From Actinomycetes bacterium (GTDB lineage Bacteria > Actinomycetota > Thermoleophilia > Gaiellales > Gaiellaceae), in contig JANYJX010000014.1 in the NCBI GenBank assembly GCA_025358355.1, positions 2,893-66,892 on the forward strand: a stretch of DNA of 64,000 nucleotides, read 5' to 3'. The notes beneath the pieces were generated by a model that saw only the letters and a program-made list of their open reading frames with translations, was not told the DNA's origin and ran no database searches. The position numbers and the translations under genes were made by a program. This document shows, piece by piece, positions 38,816 through 47,313 of the stretch (positions within the stretch are counted from its first letter, which is position 1; each line of letters begins with the position of its first letter).

Positions 38816-39544
38816 CTATGCCGGTTCCAACGCGCTGGGCCGGAAGCGTGCAAGCAAGCGACCGACGACCGGCCCGAGCAAGACGACCGAGCCGTCGATC
38901 ACCGCGTAGCCGGCCGCAATCGCCGACGGAGGATTCCCCGACGGGATGCCCGTCCACGGCGCCTGCGCAGCCCAAGCCCAGTCGCCGGCCCAGGTGCCGA
39001 CGATCTCGATCGCCGTCGTCGCGAGCCAGATCCCGGCGAACATATCGCCGCGCCCGGAGCGCAAGATGCACCAGGCGAAGAGCGGTAACAGCAGCGCGCC
39101 CTGCACATCGACCCGGCCCGTCAGCGGAATGAGCACCGTCACGCCAGCAAGCGCCCACGCCGAGCAGATCGCGAGCACCGTGAGCCGAACCCGCCGGCCG
39201 TGCCGCTGGACAACCGGCAGCGTCGCCGCGGTGATCCCGAACAGATAGACGAGCGCATGCCCCGGCGGGACGTACAGTGGGATGTTGCGTAGCCGGTAGG
39301 TGTAGCCGCCCCAGACGAGCGAGCCGAGCGCCTCGAATCCCGTCGCGAGCGGCACCGTGAGCCACAGCTGAACCCGCTGCAACCCCTCGACGCGGTGCGA
39401 GAACGCCCACAGCACGCAGAAAGCGACGAGCCCGAGCGCGAGTTGTGGGCCGAGCCCGCCGAAGATCCCGTCCGAGACGAGCATCGCCACCGTGAACGCG
39501 AGCAGGAACGCATGCATCCCGTACGGTCGGATCGCGTCACGCAT
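38816..39544 (-). CDS. Integral membrane hypothetical protein
   Basis: About 7 hydrophobic segments; YRLRNIPLYVPPGH and GNPPS motifs. Confidence 0.65.
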   Translation of the reverse strand: MRDAIRPYGMHAFLLAFTVAMLVSDGIFGGLGPQLALGLVAFCVLWAFSHRVEGLQRVQLWLTVPLATGFEALGSLVWGGYTYRLRNIPLYVPPGHALVYLFGITAATLPVVQRHGRRVRLTVLAICSAWALAGVTVLIPLTGRVDVQGALLLPLFAWCILRSGRGDMFAGIWLATTAIEIVGTWAGDWAWAAQAPWTGIPSGNPPSAIAAGYAVIDGSVVLLGPVVGRLLARFRPSALEPA

Positions 39545-39627
39545 CGACGTTCCATTCGCCGCAACGGCTGAGCCAGGTCGGCTGTCGAGCGGTGACACGG
39601 CGATACGGTAGCCGCGCCGCCGAGAAT

Positions 39628-39843
39628 CTAACTCGGCTTGCGCGAGAGCCAGTAGCGCAGGAAATAGACCGGCACAACCACACCGGCCGCGAGAAACGCG
39701 CCGACGCCCCACGCGGTCGCGTGCGTGTTCCCATGCTTGTCCGCGTGTCGGAAGACCGCCATCGAGATCGCCGCTGCGATGACGACCGCAAGCACGAACG
39801 CGGGCGGATTGGGCAGAGCAGTGAGAAGCACGTACGACAGCAT
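39628..39843 (-). CDS. Small two-TM membrane protein
   Basis: MLSYVLLT...AVFRHADKHG...WGVGAFLAAGVVVPVYF. Confidence 0.6.
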   Translation of the reverse strand: MLSYVLLTALPNPPAFVLAVVIAAAISMAVFRHADKHGNTHATAWGVGAFLAAGVVVPVYFLRYWLSRKPS

Positions 39844-39859
39844 CGCACGCGTGGGCCTA

Positions 39860-40022
39860 AGAGCTCGAATCAAAATGAGACCTTGTGTCGCCGGGATGGG
39901 CTGTGCACGCATGCTGCCGCGTCCTCAGTCGCGTGAATAGCGCTGCTATTCACGCTCCCTGGTCCTTGCATAGCACGCGCCCATCCCATCCCGACGACGA
40001 AGCTCATTCTGATTCGAGCTCT
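39860..40022. mobile_element. 163-bp MITE-like element flanked by TA
   Basis: Terminal IRs AGAGCTCGAATCA(A/G)AATGAG match 19/20; TA at 39858-59 and 40023-24; internal perfect 11-bp hairpin at 39931-39955; no ORF of note. Confidence 0.75.
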
Positions 40023-40024
40023 TA

Positions 40025-40950
40025 GGGCCTATCCCGCTTGGGCGTGGGCGAGTCGGGCGGTATGGGCTTTCTTGAAGGCGATCAGGCCGCTGGCGAGTTG
40101 GAGCAGGGCAAGGTGGTTGGCGTCTTTCTTCGACCAGCGGATCAGGATCGCGCGGTTGCGGTTGAGCCATGAGTGGCAGGCCTCGACGACCCAGCGGCGC
40201 GCTTTCCAGCCGGGGGTGCTGGCTTTGAGCTCGATCTCGTCACGGCGCGTGCGAATGTGCGGCATGAGTCCGTACTCGCCGACCAGCTTGAGCGAGTCGG
40301 CGTTGTTGTAGGCCCCGTCGAGGCAGATACCCTGCGGCCGCTTCTTGGTCGGGGCGGGCCGCTCGATCGGGATCGACTCGAGCGTGCCCTTCAGCAGCTT
40401 GTGGTCGTTGCGCTAGGCGCCCTCGTGATCGAGTCCGATCGGGACTCCCTTGCCTTCGCTGAGGACCGACCGTTTCGCCCCCTTTTAGCTCTGCCGGTCG
40501 GATTCGGGCCGGTCTTCGGGCCGCCCAGCGGCGCCTTGGTCATCGCACCGTCGGCCGCCAGCCAAGCCCAGTCGATCCCGACGACTTCGTCGTAGTCCAG
40601 CAGGCCCTGCCGCCAGAACTCGTGGAACACCCCGGCCTGCTCCCACTCCTGAAAGCGCCGATGCGCCGCCAACGACGAACAGCCGTCGGTCACGTTGAGC
40701 GCGTTCCACTGCATCCCCGTCCTGAGCACCAACAAGATCGCGTCCATCGCATCACGGTTCGACACTCGCGGGCGATGACAGCCCAACGGGTGCGGCGGCG
40801 GCGCCGGCAACAGCGGCTGCATCAGCTCCCACAGCCAATCCGGGATCCGCCAACCATCATCCTTGCACCAAGACCCATGCCCGCCTCCCTCATTGACGAC
40901 GAAGAAGACTCCGCCGTCAAGCCACGGGCCCCTCCAAGCGGGATAGGCCC
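40025..40950 (-). mobile_element. IS5-family insertion sequence (IS427-like two-ORF type), inactive
   Basis: Perfect 17-bp IRs GGGCCTATCCCGCTTGG, TA on both sides, 926 bp long. Confidence 0.88.
40029..40878 (-). pseudogene. IS5-family transposase with frameshift and nonsense mutation
   Basis: DDGWRIPDWLW, LRTGMQW, DGAMTKAPLGG, AAAAGGGGG slip site, CLDGAY and RRWVVEACHSW. The RBS/ATG at 40878 is out of frame with the body, and there is a TAG at 40413-40415. Confidence 0.85.
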
Positions 40951-41297
40951 TAAGTCAGCTGCGAGTCATCCCGGGTGAGCGAGCCGAAGCCGATCTGCAT
41001 CGCTGCGACGTAGGCGCGACTCGGTCGTTCCAGGAGCGTCTCCTTCGGCGCCACAGGCGCGGGCGCGGCAGCGCTTGCCTGGCCGCGAAGCGCATCGATG
41101 CGCCCGTGCAACTCGCTTCGGTGGCGAGAGACCTCTTTCTCCTCGAGCTCGAGCTTGGCGAGCCGCTCGGCGCCGTCCGGGTCGTGGACGCCGCTGCCGC
41201 GGATGAAGTCGATCCGCTCATGCAGCCGCCGACGCCGCTGCGAGACCGCGCGCTCCTCCTGCTCGAGACGGGCCAGACTGCTAGCGGTATCCGGCAT
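40950..41297 (-). CDS. RsiG-like protein with two E-x3-S-x2-R-x3-H-x3-D motifs
   Basis: EERAVSQRRRRLHERID and EEKEVSRHRSELHGRID, 38 aa apart, in coiled-coil-like helices. Confidence 0.7.
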   Translation of the reverse strand: MPDTASSLARLEQEERAVSQRRRRLHERIDFIRGSGVHDPDGAERLAKLELEEKEVSRHRSELHGRIDALRGQASAAAPAPVAPKETLLERPSRAYVAAMQIGFGSLTRDDSQLT

Positions 41298-41357
41298 ATT
41301 CGGGTTATCGACAGGCGACGGCCACAGTTGACCGTCGCGCCGGCATCGCATCAATCA

Positions 41358-42905
41358 TCAGGCGGGTGAGGGGTGGTCGTCGCCGAGCCAGCCGAGCCGG
41401 ATCGCCGACGCGACGGCTTGAGTCCGCGAACGGGCGTCGAGCTTGGCCATGGAGCGACGCACGTGCGTCTGCACCGTCTCCTCTGCAATACCGAGCTGGA
41501 TCCCCACCTCGGCGCTCGTTTTCCCCTCGGCGAGCAGGCCGAGGATCTCCCGCTCGCGAGGGCTGAGCGAGCCGGATATCGGATGCCGAGATCGTAGATC
41601 GGTCGCCTCAAGCTCGCGGCGCTTACGCTCGTCGATGTCGAGGATCTGGGCGACGGAATACGCCGGAGAACCGTCATCGTCGCGGACGAGGGAGATGCTG
41701 AGATGGATCCAAACCACCGATCCGTCCTTGCGTAAGTAGCGCTTCTCCAACTGGTACGAGCTGATTTCGCCTCCCAGCAGACGCTTGCCGAACGCAAGGT
41801 CCTCGGCGAAGTCATCCTGGTGGGTGATCTCGTGCCAGCGCATCGTCAGCAGCTCGCGGGACGTGTAACCGATCATCCGGCATAGCGCTTCGTTGACTTT
41901 CAACCAACGCCCGTCGGGCGACGTCAGACCCATGCCGATCGGGGCTGCTTCGAAGGCGCCGCGGAAGCGCTCCTCGCTCTCCCGCAAGGCGCGCTCCGCG
42001 CGCCGATGCTCGCGCAGATCGCGCATGAGAGCATGGACGCCGAGCACGGAGTCGCCGTCGCGCAACGCTGTCGACGTCACCTCGACCGGGATGCGGTTGC
42101 CGGCGGAGTCGACCACGACGTACTCGTAGCGGCTACTGACACCTTCCCCTTTGAGCTTCGCCTCCACGCTTTGCTCCACGACGTCCACCCACTCGGGAGC
42201 GGCAAACGCAGCCGGGCTCTTGCCGATCAGCTCGTCGACCCTGCACCCGAGCATCCGGCAGGCCGCGGGATTGGCGTCGGTGATACGAGCCGTCGCGTCG
42301 GCGACGAAAACAGCGTCGCTCGACGTCTCGAAGAACAGTCGCTGCCGCGCGTGCTCGACCCGCATCGCCTCGGCGGCACGCGCCCGCTCGATCATCCGGC
42401 CGAGCTGGATGCCGACCGTCTGCATCAGGCTGAGCAGCTCGTCGTCGCGATCGGTCGGCGTCGTGGCGTAGAACTCGAGCACTGCCGCCACCTCCGAACC
42501 GGCGAGCACCGGAAACGCAAAGGCGCTCCCGAGACCCGCGGCCTTAGCCGCGTCGGCGCGGAAGAAGTTCGGGTCGCGGGAGACGTCCTCGACCCAGACC
42601 GCTGTTCTCGTGCCGAGCACGCGCCCGACAAGGCCCTGCCCGACGACGAACGAGATCGACTCGGATGCTTGGCGGAACGCCACAAACCGGCGCGGATCTT
42701 CGACATGCCAGAGACGAGTCGGCTCGGCACTGCCCGAAGAGACGACGAAGGCGTGGCCGACGGACGACCCGATGAAGGTGCAGATCAGCGTGAGTACTTT
42801 CGGGAGCGCTCGCTCGACGCCCTCTTCGTCATTCGCGATCGCCGTGATCGCGGCGAGGAAGTGGAGCAGCCGAGCCGGGGACTGAGTCGCGTTGCAGTGC
42901 TGCAT
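41358..42905 (-). CDS. GAF-PAS-PAS-LuxR transcriptional regulator
   Basis: GAF (GQGLVGRV...DPNFFR), two PAS domains (DANPAAC; KVNEALC...EKRYLRKDG) and LSPREREIL...TVQTHVRRSMAKL; AAGGAG RBS. Confidence 0.9.
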   Translation of the reverse strand: MQHCNATQSPARLLHFLAAITAIANDEEGVERALPKVLTLICTFIGSSVGHAFVVSSGSAEPTRLWHVEDPRRFVAFRQASESISFVVGQGLVGRVLGTRTAVWVEDVSRDPNFFRADAAKAAGLGSAFAFPVLAGSEVAAVLEFYATTPTDRDDELLSLMQTVGIQLGRMIERARAAEAMRVEHARQRLFFETSSDAVFVADATARITDANPAACRMLGCRVDELIGKSPAAFAAPEWVDVVEQSVEAKLKGEGVSSRYEYVVVDSAGNRIPVEVTSTALRDGDSVLGVHALMRDLREHRRAERALRESEERFRGAFEAAPIGMGLTSPDGRWLKVNEALCRMIGYTSRELLTMRWHEITHQDDFAEDLAFGKRLLGGEISSYQLEKRYLRKDGSVVWIHLSISLVRDDDGSPAYSVAQILDIDERKRRELEATDLRSRHPISGSLSPREREILGLLAEGKTSAEVGIQLGIAEETVQTHVRRSMAKLDARSRTQAVASAIRLGWLGDDHPSPA

Positions 42906-43083
42906 GTGGCGCTCCTTCGGGTTCCGTGTACTGGGTTCCGGGGATGCGAACGGAATCGACTTCCCTCGTCCGGACCGGCAATCCCCTTTCCGGGGGGTGC
43001 TGCATACCCGGAACGAACCGATTCTGGGTCTCGGGCCGACAACAGGCCGTAACCGAATTCGGGGACAACCCCGAGGAGGCTCG

Positions 43084-43455
43084 ATGACCTTCCTTCGCAG
43101 ACCCAGCCGGACGCTGATCGTGGCCATCCTTGCGCTCTCGATCGGCGCAGGCGCCTACGCCTACGCCGCGACCAACACGGTGCCGAGTAGCACGGCCGGC
43201 TCAGGCTCGGGCACGATCAGCGGCTACACGGTGAGCAGCATCGCGTACACGCTGAACGCAACGACGCCTACGAACCTCGACCAGGTCGCGTTCACGATCG
43301 CGCCGGCAGCCGCGACCACCGTCAAGGTGCAGCTCGCCGCCGCGGGATCGTGGTACAGCTGCACGAACACCGCGGGCAGCGTCACGTGCACCACGACGTC
43401 GCCTCAGGCCACGGCTGTCGCCGCGACCCAGCTGACAGTCGTCGCAGCACAGTAA
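43084..43455 (+). CDS. Secreted Ser/Thr-rich beta protein, putative SipW substrate (fibre subunit candidate)
   Basis: GAGGAGG RBS; signal peptide ending AYAYA, then ATNTVP; two Cys. Confidence 0.75.
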   Translation: MTFLRRPSRTLIVAILALSIGAGAYAYAATNTVPSSTAGSGSGTISGYTVSSIAYTLNATTPTNLDQVAFTIAPAAATTVKVQLAAAGSWYSCTNTAGSVTCTTTSPQATAVAATQLTVVAAQ

Positions 43456-43457
43456 CG

Positions 43458-43982
43458 ATGTCGACGGTCGTCGTACCGGCCACGTTTGACGAGTCGGTCC
43501 GCGAACGGTTCTCGCGCACGCGTACGGCTCTGTCAGTCGCACTCGCCGCCGCGGCGTTCGCCGCCACCTGGTGGTACGTCGCGCCGCCACAGCTTGGAGG
43601 CTCGACCTCGTTCGTCACGGTGGACGGCACGAGCATGCTGCCGACGCTCCGGCTGTCGGATCTCGTCGCGTTGCGGCCACCAAGCGCCTACCGCATAGGC
43701 GATGTCGTCGGCTACCGGAGTGGGCTGATCCACCGCGTCGTCCTTCACCGGATCGTTGCGATTCACGACGGCCGCTACGTGTTCAAGGGCGACAACAACT
43801 CTTTCATCGATCCCGACCGGCCGACGCGATCGCAACTCGTCGGACGTCTTTGGCTCCACGTGCCGTCGGCCGGCCGACTCGTCTCGCAGCTCCACCGACC
43901 CCCTGTCGCGGCGGCGCTTGCCGTCCTGCTCGTGCTCGCGGCCGGCCTCGGCGGCGGCACGAAACGACGGCGCTCGACCTAG
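43458..43982 (+). CDS. sipW: Signal peptidase I, SipW/archaeal-ER type (Ser-His)
   Basis: DGTSMLP, GDVVGY, VLHRIV and KGDNN..ID motifs; TM segments at both ends. Confidence 0.85.
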   Translation: MSTVVVPATFDESVRERFSRTRTALSVALAAAAFAATWWYVAPPQLGGSTSFVTVDGTSMLPTLRLSDLVALRPPSAYRIGDVVGYRSGLIHRVVLHRIVAIHDGRYVFKGDNNSFIDPDRPTRSQLVGRLWLHVPSAGRLVSQLHRPPVAAALAVLLVLAAGLGGGTKRRRST

Positions 43983-43992
43983 AGCGACCGCT

Positions 43993-44376
43993 ATGGCCAG
44001 ATGTCTCCTTCGGCTGGTGCTCGTCATCGGCGTCTTGGCCCTCGGCTTGACGAGTACAGCGCTGAGCGCGAGCAACACCGTTCCCGGCACGACGGTCACA
44101 CGCTTCGTGACAACGATCACCGCGGACAAGCTGAAACCATCCAGCTGCTCCGGTATCACGCTGACAACGGTTGTCGCGGGAGTGACGGGCACGAGCGGCG
44201 CGGATCTCCTGCTCGGCTCGGCGGCGGCCAACGTTATGAGCGGAGGCGGCGGCAACGACTGCATTCTCGGCGGCGGCGGCAACGACACGATCAGCTGCGG
44301 CACCGGCACGGATGTCGCGATCGGCGGTCCCGGCACCGACACGTTCAACGCCGACTGCGAGACGCAGATTCAGTAG
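43993..44376 (+). CDS. Secreted protein with RTX-like Ca-binding nonapeptide repeats
   Basis: Signal peptide ending TALSA, then SNTVP; GGGGNDCIL, GGGGNDTIS and GGPGTDTFN repeats; four Cys in the mature part. Confidence 0.78.
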   Translation: MARCLLRLVLVIGVLALGLTSTALSASNTVPGTTVTRFVTTITADKLKPSSCSGITLTTVVAGVTGTSGADLLLGSAAANVMSGGGGNDCILGGGGNDTISCGTGTDVAIGGPGTDTFNADCETQIQ

Positions 44377-44382
44377 CTGGAG

Positions 44383-45328
44383 TCAGCGCTCATACGTGAC
44401 GACGCCCTGAACGGCATCGTCACTCGCTGCGAGCGTGGCAGCGTCGAGCTGCAAACCCGACGCGGCGGCATTCCCGTCGAGCTGCTCGGCGCGGCTGACC
44501 CCGACGATCGCCGAAGCAACGTTCGGCTTTTGGAGGACCCACGCGAGCGCTAGCTGCGAGAGCGCAACACCGACCCCTTCAGCAACCGGCTTCAACCGGT
44601 CGACGGCGGCGAGCACGTCGTCGGCGAGGACGCGGCCGATTGCCCAGCCCATCTTCTCGGAGCTCGCTCGCGTACCAGCCGCAGGTTTGTCGCCCGCGCT
44701 GTACTTGCCGGTGAGCGCGCCCTGCGCGAGCGGCGACCAGACGATCTGCGAGATGCCGTTCGCGGCGCAAACATCGATCCCGGCGCGCGGTAGAGCAGCG
44801 AGTACTCCGGCTGGCTCGAGACGAACTTCTCCATCCCGGGCAAGTCGAGCGCCGCCTGGATCTGCGCGGGCGTCCACTCGCTGAAGCCGATGGTCCGCGC
44901 CTTGCCTGCCCGCACCACCTCGGAGTTCCCGTCCATCGTCTCTTCGAGCGGCGTGTCGGCGTCGTAGCGATGGCACTGGTAGAGGTCGACGGAATCTGTG
45001 CGGAGCCGTGCGAGCGATGCGTCGATCTGCTTCTCGACCTGAGCGCGCGAGAGGCCCTTGTCGGTATCCGACAGCGGGAATGTAGAGCTTCGTCGCGAGG
45101 ACGTAGGAGTCGCGAGGCCTCGCTGCGAGCGCCTCGCCGAGGAGCTCTTCAGCGGCGCCGCGGTTGTCGACGTTCGCTGTGTCGATGAAGTTGATTCCGA
45201 GCTCGAACGAGCGATCAAACGATCGCGCGCGCTGTCTCGGCGTCGATGCCGCTGCCGAGCGTGAGCCAGGAGCCGAGGGCGATCTCCGAGACGATCAGAT
45301 CGCTCGCTCCGAGGCGGCGGAACTCCAT
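44383..45328 (-). pseudogene. Aldo/keto reductase pseudogene
   Basis: MEFRRLG...LGSWLT, INFIDTANVD (catalytic Tyr replaced by Asp), DLYQCHRYD and IVWSPLAQG are spread over several frames. Confidence 0.85.
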
Positions 45329-45373
45329 GCGGCTGTCTATCACGCGGCTGGAGGTTCCAAGTAGGCTCGCGGC

Positions 45374-46348
45374 GTGGAGAGGCGAGCGCTCGGCAGGAGT
45401 GGATTCGAGGTCACGCGGATCGTCCTCGGCTGCGGCAACTTCGGCGGTGTGGGCTCGTCGCCCGGGTTCTTCGGACAGGGCATCGCGAAGGACGAGGCGT
45501 TCCGGATCATGGACACGGCCTGGGAGCTCGGCATCCGCACGTTCGACACCGCGGACGCCTATGGCGGCGGTCGCAGCGAGACCTGGATCGGCGAGTGGCT
45601 TCGTACGAAGCCGCAGGCGGTCCGCGACGAGCTCGTGCTCCAGACGAAGACTTTCAACGCGATGGACGAGGGCGCAGATCGCGGACTATCGCGCGCGCGC
45701 ATCCTGCGCCAGATCGACACGAGCCTCGCGCGGCTCGGCGTGGAGCAGGTCGCGCTCTACATGACGCACGCGTTCGATCCCGACACGCCGCAGGAGGAGA
45801 CGCTGCGCGCCCTCGACTCGCTCGTGCGCGCAGGCAAGGTCGGCGCCATCGGCGCTTCGAACTTCAACGCGGAGCAGCTTGCCGAGGCACTCGAGATCTC
45901 GCAGCTGGAGGAAAGCGCGCGCTACGAGTGGCTACAGAACTCGTACTCGCTGCTCGATCTCGACGACGTCGAAACGGTTCTGCCACTGATCCGCGACCGT
46001 GGGCTCGGGTATGTCCCGTTCAGCCCGCTCGCCGGCGGTTGGCTCACCGGGAAGTACCGCCGAGACGAGCCGTTCCCGGCTGGCTCGCGCATGACGCAGC
46101 GGCCCGAGCCGTACGAGGAATTCCGCACCGACCGAGTCTTCGACGCCCTCGAAGCGCTAGAGGCCGAGGCGACCGAGCGTGGCGTCTCGATGGCAGGTCT
46201 AGCGCTGGCCTGGCTGCTCGGGCAGCCAGAAGTTACCGGCGTCGTGGTCGGCCCCGGTCGCGCGGAGCACCTTGCGCCAGCGACCGAGGCGATCAGGCTG
46301 AACCTGACCGCTGCAGACGTGTCCCGACTGACGGAGGTGTTTGCGTGA
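45374..46348 (+). CDS. Aldo/keto reductase
   Basis: LGCGNFGG, FDTADAYGGG and PFSPLAGG motifs; TAGGCT 6 nt upstream. Confidence 0.92.
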   Translation: MERRALGRSGFEVTRIVLGCGNFGGVGSSPGFFGQGIAKDEAFRIMDTAWELGIRTFDTADAYGGGRSETWIGEWLRTKPQAVRDELVLQTKTFNAMDEGADRGLSRARILRQIDTSLARLGVEQVALYMTHAFDPDTPQEETLRALDSLVRAGKVGAIGASNFNAEQLAEALEISQLEESARYEWLQNSYSLLDLDDVETVLPLIRDRGLGYVPFSPLAGGWLTGKYRRDEPFPAGSRMTQRPEPYEEFRTDRVFDALEALEAEATERGVSMAGLALAWLLGQPEVTGVVVGPGRAEHLAPATEAIRLNLTAADVSRLTEVFA

Positions 46349-47313
46349 GCGTGCTCGTTCTTTCCGACGCTGAGGTGCGCGAGCTCCTCGACATGGAGTC
46401 GTGCATCGAGGCGATGGCGGGTGTTCTCGCCGCACTCCAGCGCGAGGAGCTCTCGATGCCGCTCCGGTTCATCTTCCGACCGGCGGGCGCATCCGCCGTG
46501 ATGGGGTTCATGCCCGCGTACCGCGGTGGGGACGCACCACTGTTTTCGCTCAAGGAGATCGTCATCGCCCCTGGTAACTCGGCGCTCGGGGTCGATCCGC
46601 ATCAAGGCGCGGTGATGCTCCACGACGGCAACACCGGCGAGCTACGCGCACTGCTGAACGCCTCCGCCGTGACCGAGATCAGGACGGCGGCAGTCTCGGC
46701 GGTCGCGACGCGGCTCCTCGCACGGACCGATTCCGGCGTCATCGCCGTGATCGGCGCCGGCGTCCAAGGACGATCGCACATCGAGGCGATGCGATGCGTT
46801 CTTCCCGCTGCGGAGATTCGGCTTTGGAGCCGAGGCTCGGCCCGCGCCGCAGAGCTCGCGGCAACCACAGGTGCGACTCATGTCGAGACGATCGTGGAGG
46901 CACTCGCCGGGGCCGACGTCGTCTGCACCACGACGTCATCGCGGGAGCCGATTCTCTCCCGTGACCTCCTCGCACCCGGCGTCCACGTGAACGCCGTCGG
47001 CTCGTCGATCGCCATTGCACGGGAGCTCGACTCGGCAACCGTCGCCGCCGGGTCGCTATTCGTCGATCGTCGCGAGTCCACGTTGAACGAGGCGGGCGAC
47101 TACCTGCTCGCGGTGAAGGAGGCCGGCATCGGGCCCGATCACATCAAGGCCGAGCTGGGCGAGCTGCTCGAAGGCGTCCACCCCGGCCGTACCTCCGACG
47201 ACGAGCTGACGGTATTCAAGTCGCTCGGGCTCGCGGTCGAGGATCTCGCGGCGGCCGAGCTCGTCGTCGCCCGCGCGCGGGAACGCGGCATCGGCACCGA
47301 GGTCGAGTTCTGA
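46345..47313 (+). CDS. Ornithine cyclodeaminase / mu-crystallin family protein
   Basis: TEIRTAAVS, IGAGVQG, HVNAVGS and FKSLGLAVED motifs; GTGA overlap. Confidence 0.9.
   Translation: MSVLVLSDAEVRELLDMESCIEAMAGVLAALQREELSMPLRFIFRPAGASAVMGFMPAYRGGDAPLFSLKEIVIAPGNSALGVDPHQGAVMLHDGNTGELRALLNASAVTEIRTAAVSAVATRLLARTDSGVIAVIGAGVQGRSHIEAMRCVLPAAEIRLWSRGSARAAELAATTGATHVETIVEALAGADVVCTTTSSREPILSRDLLAPGVHVNAVGSSIAIARELDSATVAAGSLFVDRRESTLNEAGDYLLAVKEAGIGPDHIKAELGELLEGVHPGRTSDDELTVFKSLGLAVEDLAAAELVVARARERGIGTEVEF

Noticed and set aside
40455-40490. AAAAGGGGG shift in the transposase as a novel recoding event or lesion
   Set aside because: A programmed -1 frameshift at this position is normal for two-ORF IS5-family elements
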